A stretch of 64,000 bases of DNA from positions 13,082,001-13,146,000 of the forward strand of contig OZ024740.1 of the NCBI GenBank assembly GCA_964016885.1. Direction: 5' to 3'. Source of the DNA: Eledone cirrhosa. Its lineage: Eukaryota. Each line of letters begins with the position of its first letter. The stretch's first letter is position 1. The notes under the pieces are model-generated. The model saw only the letters and a program-made list of their open reading frames with translations. It was not told the origin of the DNA and did not search any database. Position numbers and translations under genes: made by a program. This document shows, piece by piece, positions 26,201 to 42,850 of the stretch.

Positions 26201-29200
26201 CTACAACACACTACACCACAACACACTACACCACGACACACTACACCACGACACACTACAACACACTACACCACAACACACTACACCACGACACACTACA
26301 ACACACTACACCACAACACACTACACCACGACACACTACAACACACTACACCACAACACACTACACCACGACAAACTACAACACACTACACCACAACACA
26401 CTACAACACACTACACCACAACACACTACACCACAACACACTACACCACGACACACTACAACACACTACACCATAACACACTACACCACAACACACTACA
26501 CCACAACACACTACACCACAACACACTACACCACGACACACCACAACACACTACAACATACTACACCACAACACACTACACCACAACACACTACACCACA
26601 ACACACTACACCACGACACACTACAACACACTACACCACAACACACTACACCACGACACACTACAACACACTACACCACAACACACTACACCACGACACA
26701 CTACAACACACTACACCACAACACACTACACCACGACACACTACACCACGACACACTACAACACACTACACCACAACACACTACACCACGACACACTACA
26801 ACATACTACACCACAACACACTACACCACAACACACTACACCACGACACACTACAACACACTACACCACAACACACTACACCACAACACACTACACCACG
26901 ACACACTACAACACACTACACCACAACACACTACACCACGACAAACTACAACACACTACACCACAACACACTACAACACACTACACCACAACACACTACA
27001 CCACAACACACTACACCACGACACACTACAACACACTACACCATAACACACTACACCACGACACACTACAACACACTACACCACAACACACTACAACATA
27101 CTACACCACAACACACCACAACACACTACACCACAACACACTACACCACGACACACTACAACACACTACACCACAACACACTACACCACAACACACTACA
27201 ACACACTACACCACAACACACTACACCACGACACACTACAACACACTACACCACAACACACTACACCACGACACACTACAACACACTACACCACAACACA
27301 CTACAACATACTACACCACAACACACTACACCACAACACACTACACCACGACACACTACACCACAACATACTACCCCACAACACACTACACCACAACACA
27401 CTACACCACAACAAACTACACCACGACACACTACACCACAACACACTATAACATACTACACCACAACACACTACACCACAACACACTACACCACAACACA
27501 CTACACCACGACACACCACAACACACTACAACATACTACACCACAACACACTACACCACAACACACTACACCACAACACACTACACCACGACACACTACA
27601 ACACACTACACCACAACACACTACACCACGACACACTACAACACACTACACCACAACACACTACACCACGACACACTACAACACACTACACCACAACACA
27701 CTACACCACGATACACTACAACACACTACACCACAACACACTACAACATACTACACCACAACACACTACACCACAACACACTACACTACAACACACTACA
27801 CCACAACACACTACACCACGACACATTACAACACACTACACCACAACACACTACACCACGACACACTACAACACACTACACCACAACACACTACACCACG
27901 ACACACTACAACACACTACACCACAACACACTACAACATACTACACCACAACCCACTACACCACAACACACTACACCACGACACACTACAACACACTACA
28001 CCACAACACACTACACCACGACACACTACAACACACTACACCACAACACACTACACCACGACACACTACACACTACAACACACTACAACACACTACACCA
28101 CAACACACTACACCACGACACACTACAACACACTACACCACAACACACTACACCACGACACACTACAACACACTACACCACAACACACTACACCACGACA
28201 AACTACAACACACTACACCACAACACACTACAACACACTACACCACAACACACTACACCACAACACACTACACCACGACACACTACAACACACTACACCA
28301 TAACACACTACACCACGACACACTACAACACACTACACCACAACACACTACAACATACTACACCACAACACACCACAACATACTACACCACAACACACTA
28401 CACCACGACACACTACAACACACTACACCACAACACACTACACCACAACACACTACAACACACTACACCACAACACACTACACCACGACACACTACAACA
28501 CACTACACCACAACACACTACACCACGACACACTACAACACACTACACCACAACACACTACAACATACTACACCACAACACACTACACCACAACACACTA
28601 CACCACGACACACTACAACACACTACACCACGACACACTACAACACACTACACCACAACACACTACACCACGACACACTACAACACACTACACCACAACA
28701 CACTACACCACGACACACTACACCACAACACACTATAACATACTACACCACAACACACTACACCTAAACACACTACACCAGAACACACTACACCACGACA
28801 CACTACACCACAACACACTATAACATACTACACCACAACACACTACACCACAACACACTACACCACAACACAATACACCACGACACACCACAACACACTA
28901 CAACATACTACACCACAACACACTACACCACAACACACTACACCACAACACACTACACCACGACACACTACAACACACTACACCACAACACACTACACCA
29001 CGACACACTACAACACACTACACCACAACACACTACACCACGACACACTACAACACACTACACCACAACACACTACACCACGACACACTACAACACACTA
29101 CACCACAACACACTACAACATACTACACCACAACACACTACACCACAACACACTACACCACGACACACTACAACACACTACACCACAACACACTACACCA

Positions 29201-32200
29201 CGACACACTACAACACACTACACCACAACACACTACACCACGACACACTACACCACGACACACTACAACACACTACACCACAACACACTACACCACGACA
29301 CACTACAACACACTACACCACAACACACTACACCACGACACACTACAACACACTACACCACAACACACTACACCACGACAAACTACAACACACTACACCA
29401 CAACACACTACACCACGACACACTACAACACACTACACCACAACACACTACACCACGACACACTACAACACACTACACCACAACACACTACACCACGACA
29501 CACTACAACACACTACACCACAACACACTACAACATACTACACCACAACACACTACACCACAACACACTACACCACGACACACTACACCACGACACACTA
29601 CAACACACTACACCACAACACACTACACCACGACACACTACAACACACTACACCACAACACACTACACCACGACACACTACAACACACTACACCACAACA
29701 CACTACACCACGACAAACTACAACACACTACACCACAACACACTACACCACGACACACTACAACACACTACACCACAACACACTACACCACGACACACTA
29801 CAACACACTACACCACAACACACTACACCACGACACACTACAACACACTACACCACAACACACTACAACATACTACACCACAACACACTACACCACAACA
29901 CACTACACCACTACACACTACAACACACTACACAACAACAAACTACACCACGACGCACTACAACACACTACACCACAACACACTACACCACGACACACTA
30001 CAACACACTACACCACAACACACTACAACATACTACACCACAACACACTACACCACAACACACTACACCACGACACACTACAACACACTACACCACAACA
30101 CACTACACCACGACACACTACAACACACTACACCACAACACACTACACCACGACACACTACAACACACTACACCACAACACACTACAACATACTACACCA
30201 CAACACACTACACCACAACACACTACACCACGACACACTACAACACACTACACCACAACACACTACACCACGACACACTACAACACACTACACCACAACA
30301 CACTACAACATACTACACCACAACACACTACACCATGACACACCACAACACACTACAACATATTACACCACAACACACTAAACCACGACACACTACAACA
30401 CACTACACCATGACACACCACAACACACTACACCACGACACACTACAACACACTACACCATAACACACTACACCACAACACACTACACCACAACACACTA
30501 CACCACAACACACTACACCACGACACACCACAACACACTACAACATACTACACCACAACACACTACACCACAACACACTACACCACAACACACTACACCA
30601 CAACACACTACACCACAACACACTACACCACGACACACCACAACACACTACAACATACTACACCACAACACACTACACCACGACACACTACAACACACTA
30701 CACCACAACACACTACACCACGACACACTACAACACACTACACCACAACACACTACACCACGACACACTACAACACACTACACCACAACACACTACACCA
30801 CGACACACTACAACACACTACACCACAACACACTACACCACGACACACTACACCACGACACACTACAACACACTACACCACAACACACTACACCACGACA
30901 CACTACAACATACTACACCACAACACACTACACCACAACACACTACACCACGACACACTACAACACACTACACCACAACACACTACACCACAACACACTA
31001 CACCACGACACACTACAACACACTACACCACAACACACTACACCACGACAAACTACAACACACTACACCACAACACACTACAACACACTACACCACAACA
31101 CACTACACCACAACACACTACACCACGACACACTACAACACACTACACCATAACACACTACACCACGACACACTACAACACACTACACCACAACACACTA
31201 CAACATACTACACCACAACACACCACAACACACTACACCACAACACACTACACCACGACACACTACAACACACTACACCACAACACACTACACCACAACA
31301 CACTACAACACACTACACCACAACACACTACACCACGACACACTACAACACACTACACCACAACACACTACACCACGACACACTACAACACACTACACCA
31401 CAACACACTACAACATACTACACCACAACACACTACACCACAACACACTACACCACGACACACTACACCACAACATACTACACCACAACACACTATACCA
31501 CAACACACTACACCACAACACACTACACCACGACACACTACACCACAACACACTATAACATACTACACCACAACACACTACACCACAACACACTACACCA
31601 CAACACACTACACCACGACACACCACAACACACTACAACATACTACACCACAACACACTACACCACAACACACTACACCACAACACACTACACCACGACA
31701 CACTACAACACACTACACCACAACACACTACACCACGACACACTACAACACACTACACCACAACACACTACACCACGACACACTACAACACACTACACCA
31801 CAACACACTACACCACGATACACTACAACACACTACACCACAACACACTACAACATACTACACCACAACACACTACACCACAACACACTACACTACAACA
31901 CACTACACCACAACACACTACACCACGACACACTACAACACACTACACCACAACACACTACACCACGACACACTACAACACACTACACCACAACACACTA
32001 CACCACGACACACTACAACACACTACACCACAACACACTACAACATACTACACCACAACACACTACACCACAACACACTACACCACGACACACTACAACA
32101 CACTACACCACAACACACTACACCACGACACACTACAACACACTACACCACAACACACTACACCACGACACACTACACCACGACACACTACAACACACTA

Positions 32201-34960
32201 CACCACAACACACTACACCACGACACACTACAACACACTACACCACAACACACTACACCACGACACACTACAACACACTACACCACAACACACTACACCA
32301 CGACAAACTACAACACACTACACCACAACACACTACAACACACTACACCACAACACACTACACCACAACACACTACACCACGACACACTACAACACACTA
32401 CACCATAACACACTACACCACGACACACTACAACACACTACACCACAACACACTACAACATACTACACCACAACACACCACAACATACTACACCACAACA
32501 CACTACACCACGACACACTACAACACACTACACCACAACACACTACACCACAACACACTACAACACACTACACCACAACACACTACACCACGACACACTA
32601 CAACACACTACACCACAACACACTACACCACGACACACTACAACACACTACACCACAACACACTACAACAAACTACACCACAACACACTACACCACAACA
32701 CACTACACCACGACACACTACAACACACTACACCACGACACACTACAACACACTACACCACAACACACTACACCACGACACACTACAACACACTACACCA
32801 CAACACACTACACCACGACACACTACACCACAACACACTATAACATACTACACCACAACACACTACACCACAACACACTACACCACAACACACTACACCA
32901 CGACACACTACACCACAACACACTATAACATACTACACCACAACACACTACACCACAACACACTACACCACAACACACTACACCACGACACACCACAACA
33001 CACTACAACATACTACACCACAACACACTACACCACAACACACTACACCACAACACACTACACCACGACACACTACAACACACTACACCACAACACACTA
33101 CACCACGACACACTACAACACACTACACCACAACACACTACACCACGACACACTACAACACACTACACCACAACACACTACACCACGACACACTACAACA
33201 CACTACACCACAACACACTACAACATACTACACCACAACACACTACACCACAACACACTACACTACAACACACTACACCACAACACACTACACCACGACA
33301 CACTACAACACACTAGACCACAACACACTACACCACGACACACTACAACACACTACACCACAACACACTACACCACGACACACTACAACACACTACACCA
33401 CAACACACTACAACATACTACACCACAACACACTACACCACAACACACTACACCACGACACACTACAACACACTACACCACAACACACTACACCACGACA
33501 CACTACAACACACTACACCACAACACACTACACCACGACACACTACACCACGACACACTACAACACACTACACCACAACACACTACACCACGACACACTA
33601 CAACACACTACACCACAACACACTACACCACGACACACTACAACACACTACACCACAACACACTACACCACGACAAACTACAACACACTACACCACAACA
33701 CACTACACCACGACACACTACAACACACTACACCACAACACACTACACCACGACACACTACAACACACTACACCACAACACACTACACCACGACACACTA
33801 CAACACACTACACCACAACACACTACAACATACTACACCACAACACACTACACCACAACACACTACACCACGACACACTACACCACGGCACACTACAACA
33901 CACTACACCACAACACACTACACCACGACACACTACAACACACTACACCACAACACACTACACCACGACACACTACAACACACTACACCACAACACACTA
34001 CACCACGACAAACTACAACACACTACACCACAACACACTACACCACGACACACTACAACACACTACACCACAACACACTACACCACGACACACTACAACA
34101 CACTACACCACAACACACTACACCACGACACACTACAACACACTACACCACAACACACTACAACATACTACACCACAACACACTACACCACAACACACTA
34201 CACCACTACACACTACAACACACTACACAACAACAAACTACACCACGACGCACTACAACACACTACACCACAACACACTACAACATACTACACCACAACA
34301 CACTACACCACAACACACTACACCACGACACACTACAACACACTACACCACAACACACTACACCACGACACACTACAACACACTACACCACAACACACTA
34401 CACCACGACACACTACAACACACTACACCACAACACACTACAACATACTACACCACAACACACTACACCACAACACACTACACCACGACACACTACAACA
34501 CACTACACCACAACACACTACACCACGACACACTACAACACACTACACCACAACACACTACAACATACTACACCACAACACACTACACCATGACACACCA
34601 CAACACACTACAACATATTACACCACAACACACTAAACCACGACACACTACAACACACTACACCATGACACACTACAACACACTACACCACAACACACTA
34701 CAACATACTACACCACAACACACTACACCATGACACACCACAACACACTACAACATATTACACCACAACACACTAAACCACGACACACTACAACACACTA
34801 CACCACGACACACTACAACACACTACACCACAACACACTACAACATACTACACCACAACACACTACACCACAACACACTACACCACGACACACTACAACA
34901 CACTACACCACAACACACTACAACACACTACACCACGACACACTACACCACGACACACAA
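23276..34960. repeat. 11.7-kb pentamer-based satellite (ACACT, ACACC, ACAAC, ACGAC, ATACT in 10- and 15-bp words)
   Basis: Directly visible, with an almost unbroken 5-bp register. Confidence 0.97.
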
Positions 34961-35209
34961 CATCACGTCATAACACCCCACAAACTCCGTCTTGTAACCT
35001 ACATCTCACTCTCTCACTCTCTCTCTACCACACCCTCACATCTCTCCTTCTCCACCACACCCTCACATCTCCCTCTATCACACCCCTACATCTCTCACTC
35101 TCTGTCTTTCACTCTCTAACAATCTTCACACTCCTTCTCCCACTACAACCCCTTCTAGTCACTCACCCTTTACACCCTCGCCCCTTACTGTCCACCTTAC
35201 CTCGTCGAC

Positions 35210-35308
35210 CACACACACACACACACACTGACACAGACATTGACGCACATACACACAGACATACACACTGACACAGACATTGATGCACACACACTGACAC
35301 ATACATTA

Positions 35309-35373
<65 letters not shown>

Positions 35374-36290
35374 TTGGTGCACACACATACACACACACTA
35401 AGACATTAATGCACACACACACACACACAGACATTGATGCACACACACACACTAAGACATTGATGCACACACACACACACACACATACATTGATACACAC
35501 AGACACACACAGACATTGATGAACACACACACACACACACAGACATTGACGCACACACACACACACTGACACAGACATTGATGCACACACACACACACAC
35601 ATACATTGATGCACACACACACTGACACAGACATTGATGCACACACACACACACATACACACACATCAACCGTTTAACGAATTATTTCTCTCCTCTCTTT
35701 CTCTCTTACACACATACACACAAACACACATACACAGAAACACACATACACACATACACACAAACACACATACACACAAACACACAACCACACATACACA
35801 CAAACACACACACACACATACACACAAACACACACACACACAAACACACATATACACAAACACACATTCACACATATACACATACACACATACACACAAA
35901 CACACATATACACATGCACACATACACACAAACACACATACACACAACCACACATACACACATACACACAAATACACAACTACACATACACACATACACA
36001 CAAACACACACACACATACACACATACACACATTCACACATACACACATACACACATACACACAAAAACACACATACACACATACACACATACACACATA
36101 CAGACATACACATACTCACAACCACACACACACACACACACACACATCCACACATACACACATACACCCACACATACATACATACACATACTCACAAACA
36201 CACACACACACACACACACATCCACACATACACACACACATACATACATACACACATACGATTCTACAAGTGCACACACAAACACACAGT
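35210..36290. repeat. (CA)n-rich compound micro/minisatellite including cagacattgatgcacac units
   Basis: Directly visible. Confidence 0.92.
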
Positions 36291-36307
36291 TGTCTCAAGC
36301 ACTCACT

Positions 36308-37270
36308 TACTACTACTACTACCATCACCACCACTACTACTACTACACTACAACTACTAGAAGTAGTGTTTTAGTAGTAGTGGTGATGGTAGTAGTAGCA
36401 GTAGTAGTAGTAGTAGTAGTGGTGGTAGTACTAGTAGCTAGTGGTGGTGGTGGTGGTAGTACTAGTAGTAGTAGTAGTAGTAGTAGCAGTAGTAGTAGTA
36501 GTAGTAGTAGTAGCCTCGTTTTCAACTTTTCAAGGTCAAGGCAATAAATGCAAAAATTACATAAATACAAAAGTATGAAAACTACTACTGCTATTGTTAC
36601 TACTACTACTATCACCGCTACTACCATTAACATCACTACTGCCGCTACTACTACCTCTACCGTCACAACTACCACTACCACCACACTACCATCACCACCA
36701 CCACCGCCACCACCACCACCACCACCACCAACACCACCACAACCACCTCCACTACCACTACCACCACCACTACCATCACCACCACCACCACCACCACTAC
36801 CATCACCACTGCCACCATCACAACCAACATCACCACCACCACCACCACCACCACTACCACAACCACTACCACCACCACCACCACCACCACCACTACTACC
36901 ATCACCACTGCCACCATCACAACCAACATCACCACCACCACCACCACCACCACCACTACCATCACCACTACCATCACCACCACCACCACCATCACCATCA
37001 CCAACACCATCACCACTACCACCAGCACCACTACCACCACCACTACCACCACCACCACCACCACCACCACCACCACCACCACCACCACCACCACCACCAC
37101 CACCACCATCACCATTACCATCACCACCAACAAAACCACCACCACCACCACCACCACCACCACCACCACCACCACTACCATCACCACCACCACCACTACC
37201 ATCACCAACACCATCACCATCACCACTACCACCAGAACCACTACCACCACCAATACCACCACCACCATAC
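36308..37270. repeat. (TAC)n, (GTA)n and (CCA)n trinucleotide tracts
   Basis: Directly visible. Explains the poly-P/H/G/V ORFs. Confidence 0.92.
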
Positions 37271-37400
37271 AACCCTTTTTGTCACTAAGGAGTACCCTCA
37301 CCCCCTCCTCAAAGGATAGAGGGAAGCTAACAGAACTGTATGGCTTATCAAGTTGTTCTTTCTAGCAGTCGAGGATCCCTGTAGGCGTATAGTCTTTATC

Positions 37401-37580
37401 TCTTCTTCTTCTTCTTCTTCTTCTTCGACCACTTATTCCTGAGAGGGTCGTGGGGTGTGTGGGGGGGGGGGGATGATTCCCAAACACTCTTTTCTGTGGG
37501 TCCTGTCCAAGCGAGACCAGCCAAGCTTATGCTATCCAACCAACTTGCTCGGGGTCTGCCCTTGGGTCTCCTGGCGAGGT
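37401..37580 (-). mobile_element. RTE-clade LINE 3' end with (GAA)n tail
   Basis: Minus-strand translation ARRPKGRPRASWLDSI matches the RTE C-terminal RPxGRP..W.D motif and is followed by a (GAA)n tail. Confidence 0.7.
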
Positions 37581-37634
37581 GTTTAAATAAATAAGTAAAT
37601 AAAGCGGTGCCCCAGCATGGCCTCAGGCGGAGAG

Positions 37635-38019
37635 TAAGTATAGATGTTCTCTCTCTTTCACTCACTGCCCCCGTCCCTCTTGTTCTCCCTCTCACTATTA
37701 AGTGTAGATGTTCTCTCTCTTTCACTCACTGCCCCCGTCCCTCTTGTTCTCCCTCTCACTATTAAGTGTAGATGTTCTCTCTCTTTCACTCACTGCCCCC
37801 GTCCCTCTTGTTCTCCCTCTCACTATTAAGTGTAGATGTTCTCTCTCTTTCACTCACTGCCCCCGTCCCTCTTGTTCTCCCTCTCACTATTAAGTATAGA
37901 TGTTCTCTCTCTTTCACTCACTGCCCCCGTCCCTCTTGTTCTCCCTCTCACTATTAAGTGTAGATGTTCTCTCTCTTTCACTCACTGCCCCCGTCCCTCT
38001 TGTTCTCCCTCTCACTATT
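37635..38019. repeat. 64-bp tandem repeat, 6 copies
   Basis: tagatg recurs at 37641, 37705, 37769, 37833, 37897 and 37961. Confidence 0.95.
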
Positions 38020-39610
38020 ATAAACAAATAGGAGATCACGCGCTAGCCACACCGCCGCCCAGAATAGAGAAGGTGTTTTCTCGGAGGATGTGAGAAAGAT
38101 GTGTTGGAAAAGCCATTCCAGCTCGCGAGGCTCACACCTGCGGGTAACCAACTGCATGCCGAGGGTGGTGAGTAGGGAGGTGGTCCTAGGGTCAAGGACA
38201 TCAGTAGTCTCCACTGCTGTGGGGTACCGAGGGTGGTGAGTAGGGAGGTGGTCCTAGGGTCAAGGACATCAGTAGTCTCCACTGCTGTGGGGTACCGAGG
38301 GTGGTGAGTAGGGAGGTGGTCCTAGGGTCAAGGACACCAGAAGTCTCCACTGCTGTGGGGTACCGATGGTGGTGAGTAGGGAGGTGGTCCTAGGGTCAAG
38401 GACACCAGAAGTCTCCACTGCTGTGGGGTACCGATGGTGGTGAGTAGGGAGGTGGTCCTAGGGTCAAGGACACCAGAAGTCTCCACTGCTGTGGGGTACC
38501 GATGGTGGTGAGTAGGGAGGTGGTCCTAGGGTCAAGGACACCAGAAGTCTCCACTGCTGTGGGGTACCGATGGTGGTGAGTAGGGAGGTGGTCCTAGGGT
38601 CAAGGACACCAGTAGTCTCCACTGCTGTGGGGTACCGATGGTGGTGAGTAGGGAGGTGGTCCTAGGGTCAAGGACACCAGTAGTCTCCACTGCTGTGGGG
38701 TACCGATGGTGGTGAGTAGGGAGGTGGTCCTAGGGTCAAGGACACCAGTAGTCTCCACTGCTGTGGGGTACCGATGGTGGTGAGTAGGGAGGTGGTCCTA
38801 GGGTCAAGGACACCAGTAGTCTCCACTGCTGTGGGGTACCGATGGTGGTGAGTAGGGAGGTGGTCCTAGGGTCAAGGACACCAGAAGTCTCCACTGCTGT
38901 GGGGTACCGATGGTGGTGAGTAGGGAGGTGGTCCTAGGGTCAAGGACACCAGAAGTCTCCACTGCTGTGGGGTACCGAGGGTGGTGAGTAGGGAGGTGGT
39001 CCTAGGGTCAAGGACATCAGTAGTCTCCACTGCTGTGGGGTACCGAGGGTGGTGAGTAGGGAGGTGGTCCTAGGGTCAAGGACATCAGTAGTCTCCACTG
39101 CTGTGGGGTACCGAGGGTGGTGAGTAGGGAGTTGGTCCTAGGGTCAAGGACACCAGAAGTCTCCACTGCTGTGGGGTACCGAGGGTGGTGAGTAGGGAGG
39201 TGGTCCTAGGGTCAAGGACATCAGTAGTCTCCACTGCTGTGGGGTACCGAGGGTGGTGAGTAGGGAGGTGGTCCTAGGGTCAAGGACATCAGTAGTCTCC
39301 ACTGCTGTGGGGTACCGAGGGTGGTGAGTAGGGAGGTGGTCCTAGGGTCAAGGACATCAGTAGTCTCCACTGCTGTGTGGTACCGAGGGTGGTGAGTAGG
39401 GAGGTGGTCCTAGGGTCAAGGACACCAGAAGTCTCCACTGCTGTGGGGTACCGATGGTGGTGAGTAGGGATGTGGTCCTAGGGTCAAGGACACCAGTAGT
39501 CTCCACTACTACGGGATCGACTGCCAACCTGTCGGAGAGCGGTATTTGGAAAGTGACGTTGCATGTGGCATCCCTGGTGAGGGCTTTACCGCCTCCAAAC
39601 GAGAAGATTA
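38020..39610 (-). mobile_element. CRE-like non-LTR retrotransposon remnant (restriction-like endonuclease C-terminus)
   Basis: Minus strand FSFGGGKALTRDATC..KYRS..PVVVETTGVL..LG..EPRELEWLFQ..RENTFSIL resembles the GKxLxWDxTC..FxPxxxETxG..LxQRxS..RGNA pattern. Confidence 0.7.
38159..39507. repeat. 68-bp minisatellite, about 20 copies
   Basis: gagggtggtgagtaggg recurs at 38161, 38229 and onward, with few variant sites. Confidence 0.96.
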
Positions 39611-39921
39611 AGAAGTACTAATTGCTTTGCAAACACCTACTTTCTAGTTCGATCCCACGGTGTGGTAAAACCATTTTCTACTGTAACTTCGTGTCAATCA
39701 AAGCATTTTGAATGAAATTTGGTAGACAGAAACTATGTGGAAGTTTGACGAAGTAACCGGGCTTGTTGGAAGGTAGACCTCATCGTTTACCTGGTTCAAC
39801 ACTGCCACCTGGCGCTGGGATGTCTTTAGTGGAGTTCACTATATGGTTAGGCTTCTCCACTCCGAACACAATTTATTCCCCACCTTCACCACCACGACCA
39901 CCACCACCACCATCAACTGGT

Positions 39922-39944
39922 GCAGCAGCAGCAGTAGTAGTAGT

Positions 39945-39976
<32 letters not shown>

Positions 39977-40803
39977 CAGCAGCAGTAGCAGCAGTAGCAG
40001 CAGCAGTAGTAGTAGTAGCAGCAGCAGCAGCAGTAGCAGCAGCAGCAGTAGCAGCAGCAGCAGTAGTAGCAGCAGCAGTAGTAGTAGTAGTAGCAGCAGT
40101 AGCAGCAGTAGCAGCAGCAACAGTAGTAGCAGCAGCAACAGTAGTAGTAGTAGTAGTAGTAGCAGCAGTAGTAGTAGTAGTAGCAGCAGTAGTAGCAGCA
40201 GCAGTAGTAGCAGGAGCAGCAGTAGTAGCAGCAGCCATAGTAGCAGCAGTAGTAGCAGTAGCAGCAACAGTAGCAGCAGTAGCAGCAGCAGTAGTAGCAG
40301 CAGTAGTAGCAGCAGCAGTAGCAGCAGTAGTAGCAGCTGCACTAGCAGCAGTAGTAGTAGTAGCAGCAGCAGTTGCAACAGCAGTAGCAGCAGTAGTAGC
40401 AGCAGCAGTAGCAGCAGCAGGAGCAGCAGTAGTAGCAGTAGCAGCAGCAGTAGTAGCAGCAGTAGTAGCAGCAATAGTAGCAGCAGTAGTAGCAGCAGTA
40501 GCAGCAGTAGCAGCAGCAGCAGTAGCAGCAGCAGCAGCAGTAGTAGCAGCAGCAGCAGTAGCAGCAGAGGCAGCAGCAGCAGTAGTAGCAAGAGCAGCAG
40601 TAACAGCAGTAGTAGCAGCAGTAGCAGCAGCAGTAGTAGCAAGAGCAGCAGTAGCAGCAGCAGTAGCAGCAGTAGCAGCAGCAGTAGTAGCAAGAGCAGC
40701 AGTAGCAGCAGCAGCAGTAGCAGCAAGAGCAGCAGTAACAGCAGTAGTAGTAGCAGCAGCAGCAGCAGCAGTAGTAGCAGCAGTAGTAGTAGCAGCAGTA
40801 GTA
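39922..40803. repeat. (GCA/GTA)n compound trinucleotide repeat
   Basis: Directly visible. Confidence 0.95.
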
Positions 40804-40889
40804 GGTGGAGAGATTGTATGTAACCCGATCCTGATAGTTTGTCATTTGTTCCAGCTGTTGTTGTATAGTGTTACCTGTATAATCACCGG

Positions 40890-41520
40890 ACTGCCCACCC
40901 ACTGTCCTGCCCACCTTCAGTCCTGCCTACCTACAGTCCTGCCCACAGACAGTCCTGCCCCCACAACCCTTCCCACCCACAGTCCTGCCCACCCACTGTC
41001 CCACCCACTGTGCCACCCACTGTCCTGCCTACCCACAGTCCTGTCCACCCACAGTCCTTCCCACCCACTGTCCTGTCCACCCACAGACCTGCCCATCCAC
41101 TGTCCTACCTACCTACCCACCTACCTACCTCCCTACCTACCTACCTACCTACCTACCTACCTACCTATCTACCTACCTACCTCCCTACCTACCTACCTAC
41201 CTACCTACATACCTCCCTACCTACATACCTACCTACCTCCCTCCCTCTCTACCTACCTACATATCTACCTACCTCCCTACCTATCTACCTACCTACCTAC
41301 CTATCTACCTACCTCCCTACCTACCTACCTACCTACCTACCTACCTACCTACCTACCTACCTACCTACATACATACATACCTACCTACCTACCTACCTCC
41401 CTACCTACCTACCTGCCTATCTACCTACCTACCCACCTACCTACCTATCTACCTACCTACCTACCTACCTACATATCTACCTACCTACCCACCTACCTAC
41501 CTACCTACCTACCTACCCAC
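40890..41520. repeat. 16-bp ctgcccacccactgtc-like repeat grading into (CTAC)n microsatellite
   Basis: Directly visible. (CTAC)n starts at about 41105. Confidence 0.9.
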
Positions 41521-42850
41521 TTATATAGCGTCTGTCATCTACTACCGCATGACCGTCGTGCCTTGCCCAAGGGAAACGTTCGCCAAAATGGACCGCGCAT
41601 TCTTCCAATTCCTTTGGAAGAAGCGCGCTCCTATGGTGAGGAGATCCATCTGCTGTCAACACCCTTCTAAAGGAGGGCTGGGGATGCCGTGGCTAATGAT
41701 ACGTAAACACGCATTAAGGCTACGGCACCTCCACGTATTCCTCACCGGTCAACCGGTGCGGTCCCCGTTTGTGAGGCGAGCCTTTTCTAGACTTGTCTCG
41801 CTCACCGAGCTGCAATCCTGCGTGAAGCAAAGACCGAGAAAACTGGGCGCCTGGCACACCGAGTGTGCCCAGGCGCTCACGGCTCTCTGGCAGGGGGACC
41901 CGGCTGTCAGTGGAGAATCCACCTCGTCATTCTAAAAGAGGGCTGGTTATTAGCAGGTGCGACAACGCCCTCGGAGAAGCCCTAGGCATGGAGGAAGACG
42001 AACTGGCCAACCTTTTCGGTAGGACATTCAGCCCGGAACCCGTGGATAACTTCCAGAGGTCCCTGGCCTGGCAGTGCTACCGAGGGGCTCTGCCCGTTCG
42101 AGAAAGGCTCTACAGACACGCGCGCCCGGGTAGGGACCCCGCCAAAAATATCTGTCCCAGATCCGTGTGCGACGAGGAAACCGTTGCACACGCATTGGTA
42201 CACTGCTCGGGCATTGCCGATCTGTGGGGCTATGTCGAACAACTGCTGTCAAGGGTGGGACCGATCCGGTTGACCACCGAGTCTATTGTAACGATCAAGC
42301 CCCCCCCCCCCCCTCTTCAAAAACGAAGGAGAGGCGGTGTTTCTGTGCGTAATAGCCATGGCGAAAGAGGTTGTATGGTGGACGCGTCTGAAAGGACTGA
42401 GGTCAGACACCTTTCTCTCTGACCAACAACTGGTCCTTTTCTTCCGATATCATTTCGGAAGAAGGATCAGGATGGAGAGAGAGGTCCTGCAACCCAGCCG
42501 TTTCTATGAAAGATGGGTGAAAGTGGGGAGAATGGCCTGTGTGAATGGACCTTCACTCTACATCAGACTGTAGGTGAGAAAGATGAAAGATCAAGGGAGC
42601 ACCCTCTCTCTGTGCTCCTGAGCAGAAGGGTTGCACACTTTTTTCGGAGGTGTGTGCGACCCCCCCCAAGGCGCATCCTCCCTATTGAGGATTTTCTTTT
42701 ACAATTTATTTTTGTTATATTTTATATTTTATATTTTTATATTTTGTTATTGCCTCCTCCTTAGTGAGGACGCCTTTTTATGTAAACTCCCCCCCCCCCA
42801 TTGTACTTGTCCCACTCTTTGATGCCCTGGTGGCAAATAATAAGAAAGTT
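41521..42850 (+). mobile_element. 5'-truncated Tx1/L1-like LINE (ORF2 C-terminus plus 3' UTR)
   Basis: FQFLWKKRAP, KGGLGMPWL, ALPVRERL and CPR..DEETVAHALVHC. Homologous to 47330-48600 and 50750-51847. Confidence 0.9.

Noticed and set aside
36343-37319. Formin- or extensin-like poly-Pro, poly-His and poly-Gly ORFs
   Set aside because: These are translations of (CCA)n, open in several frames on both strands, with no flanking domain or exon evidence.
39763-41670. 635-aa Ala/Val-rich ORF resembling an antifreeze protein
   Set aside because: It is read-through of (GCA/GTA)n and (CTAC)n repeats into an out-of-frame LINE fragment.
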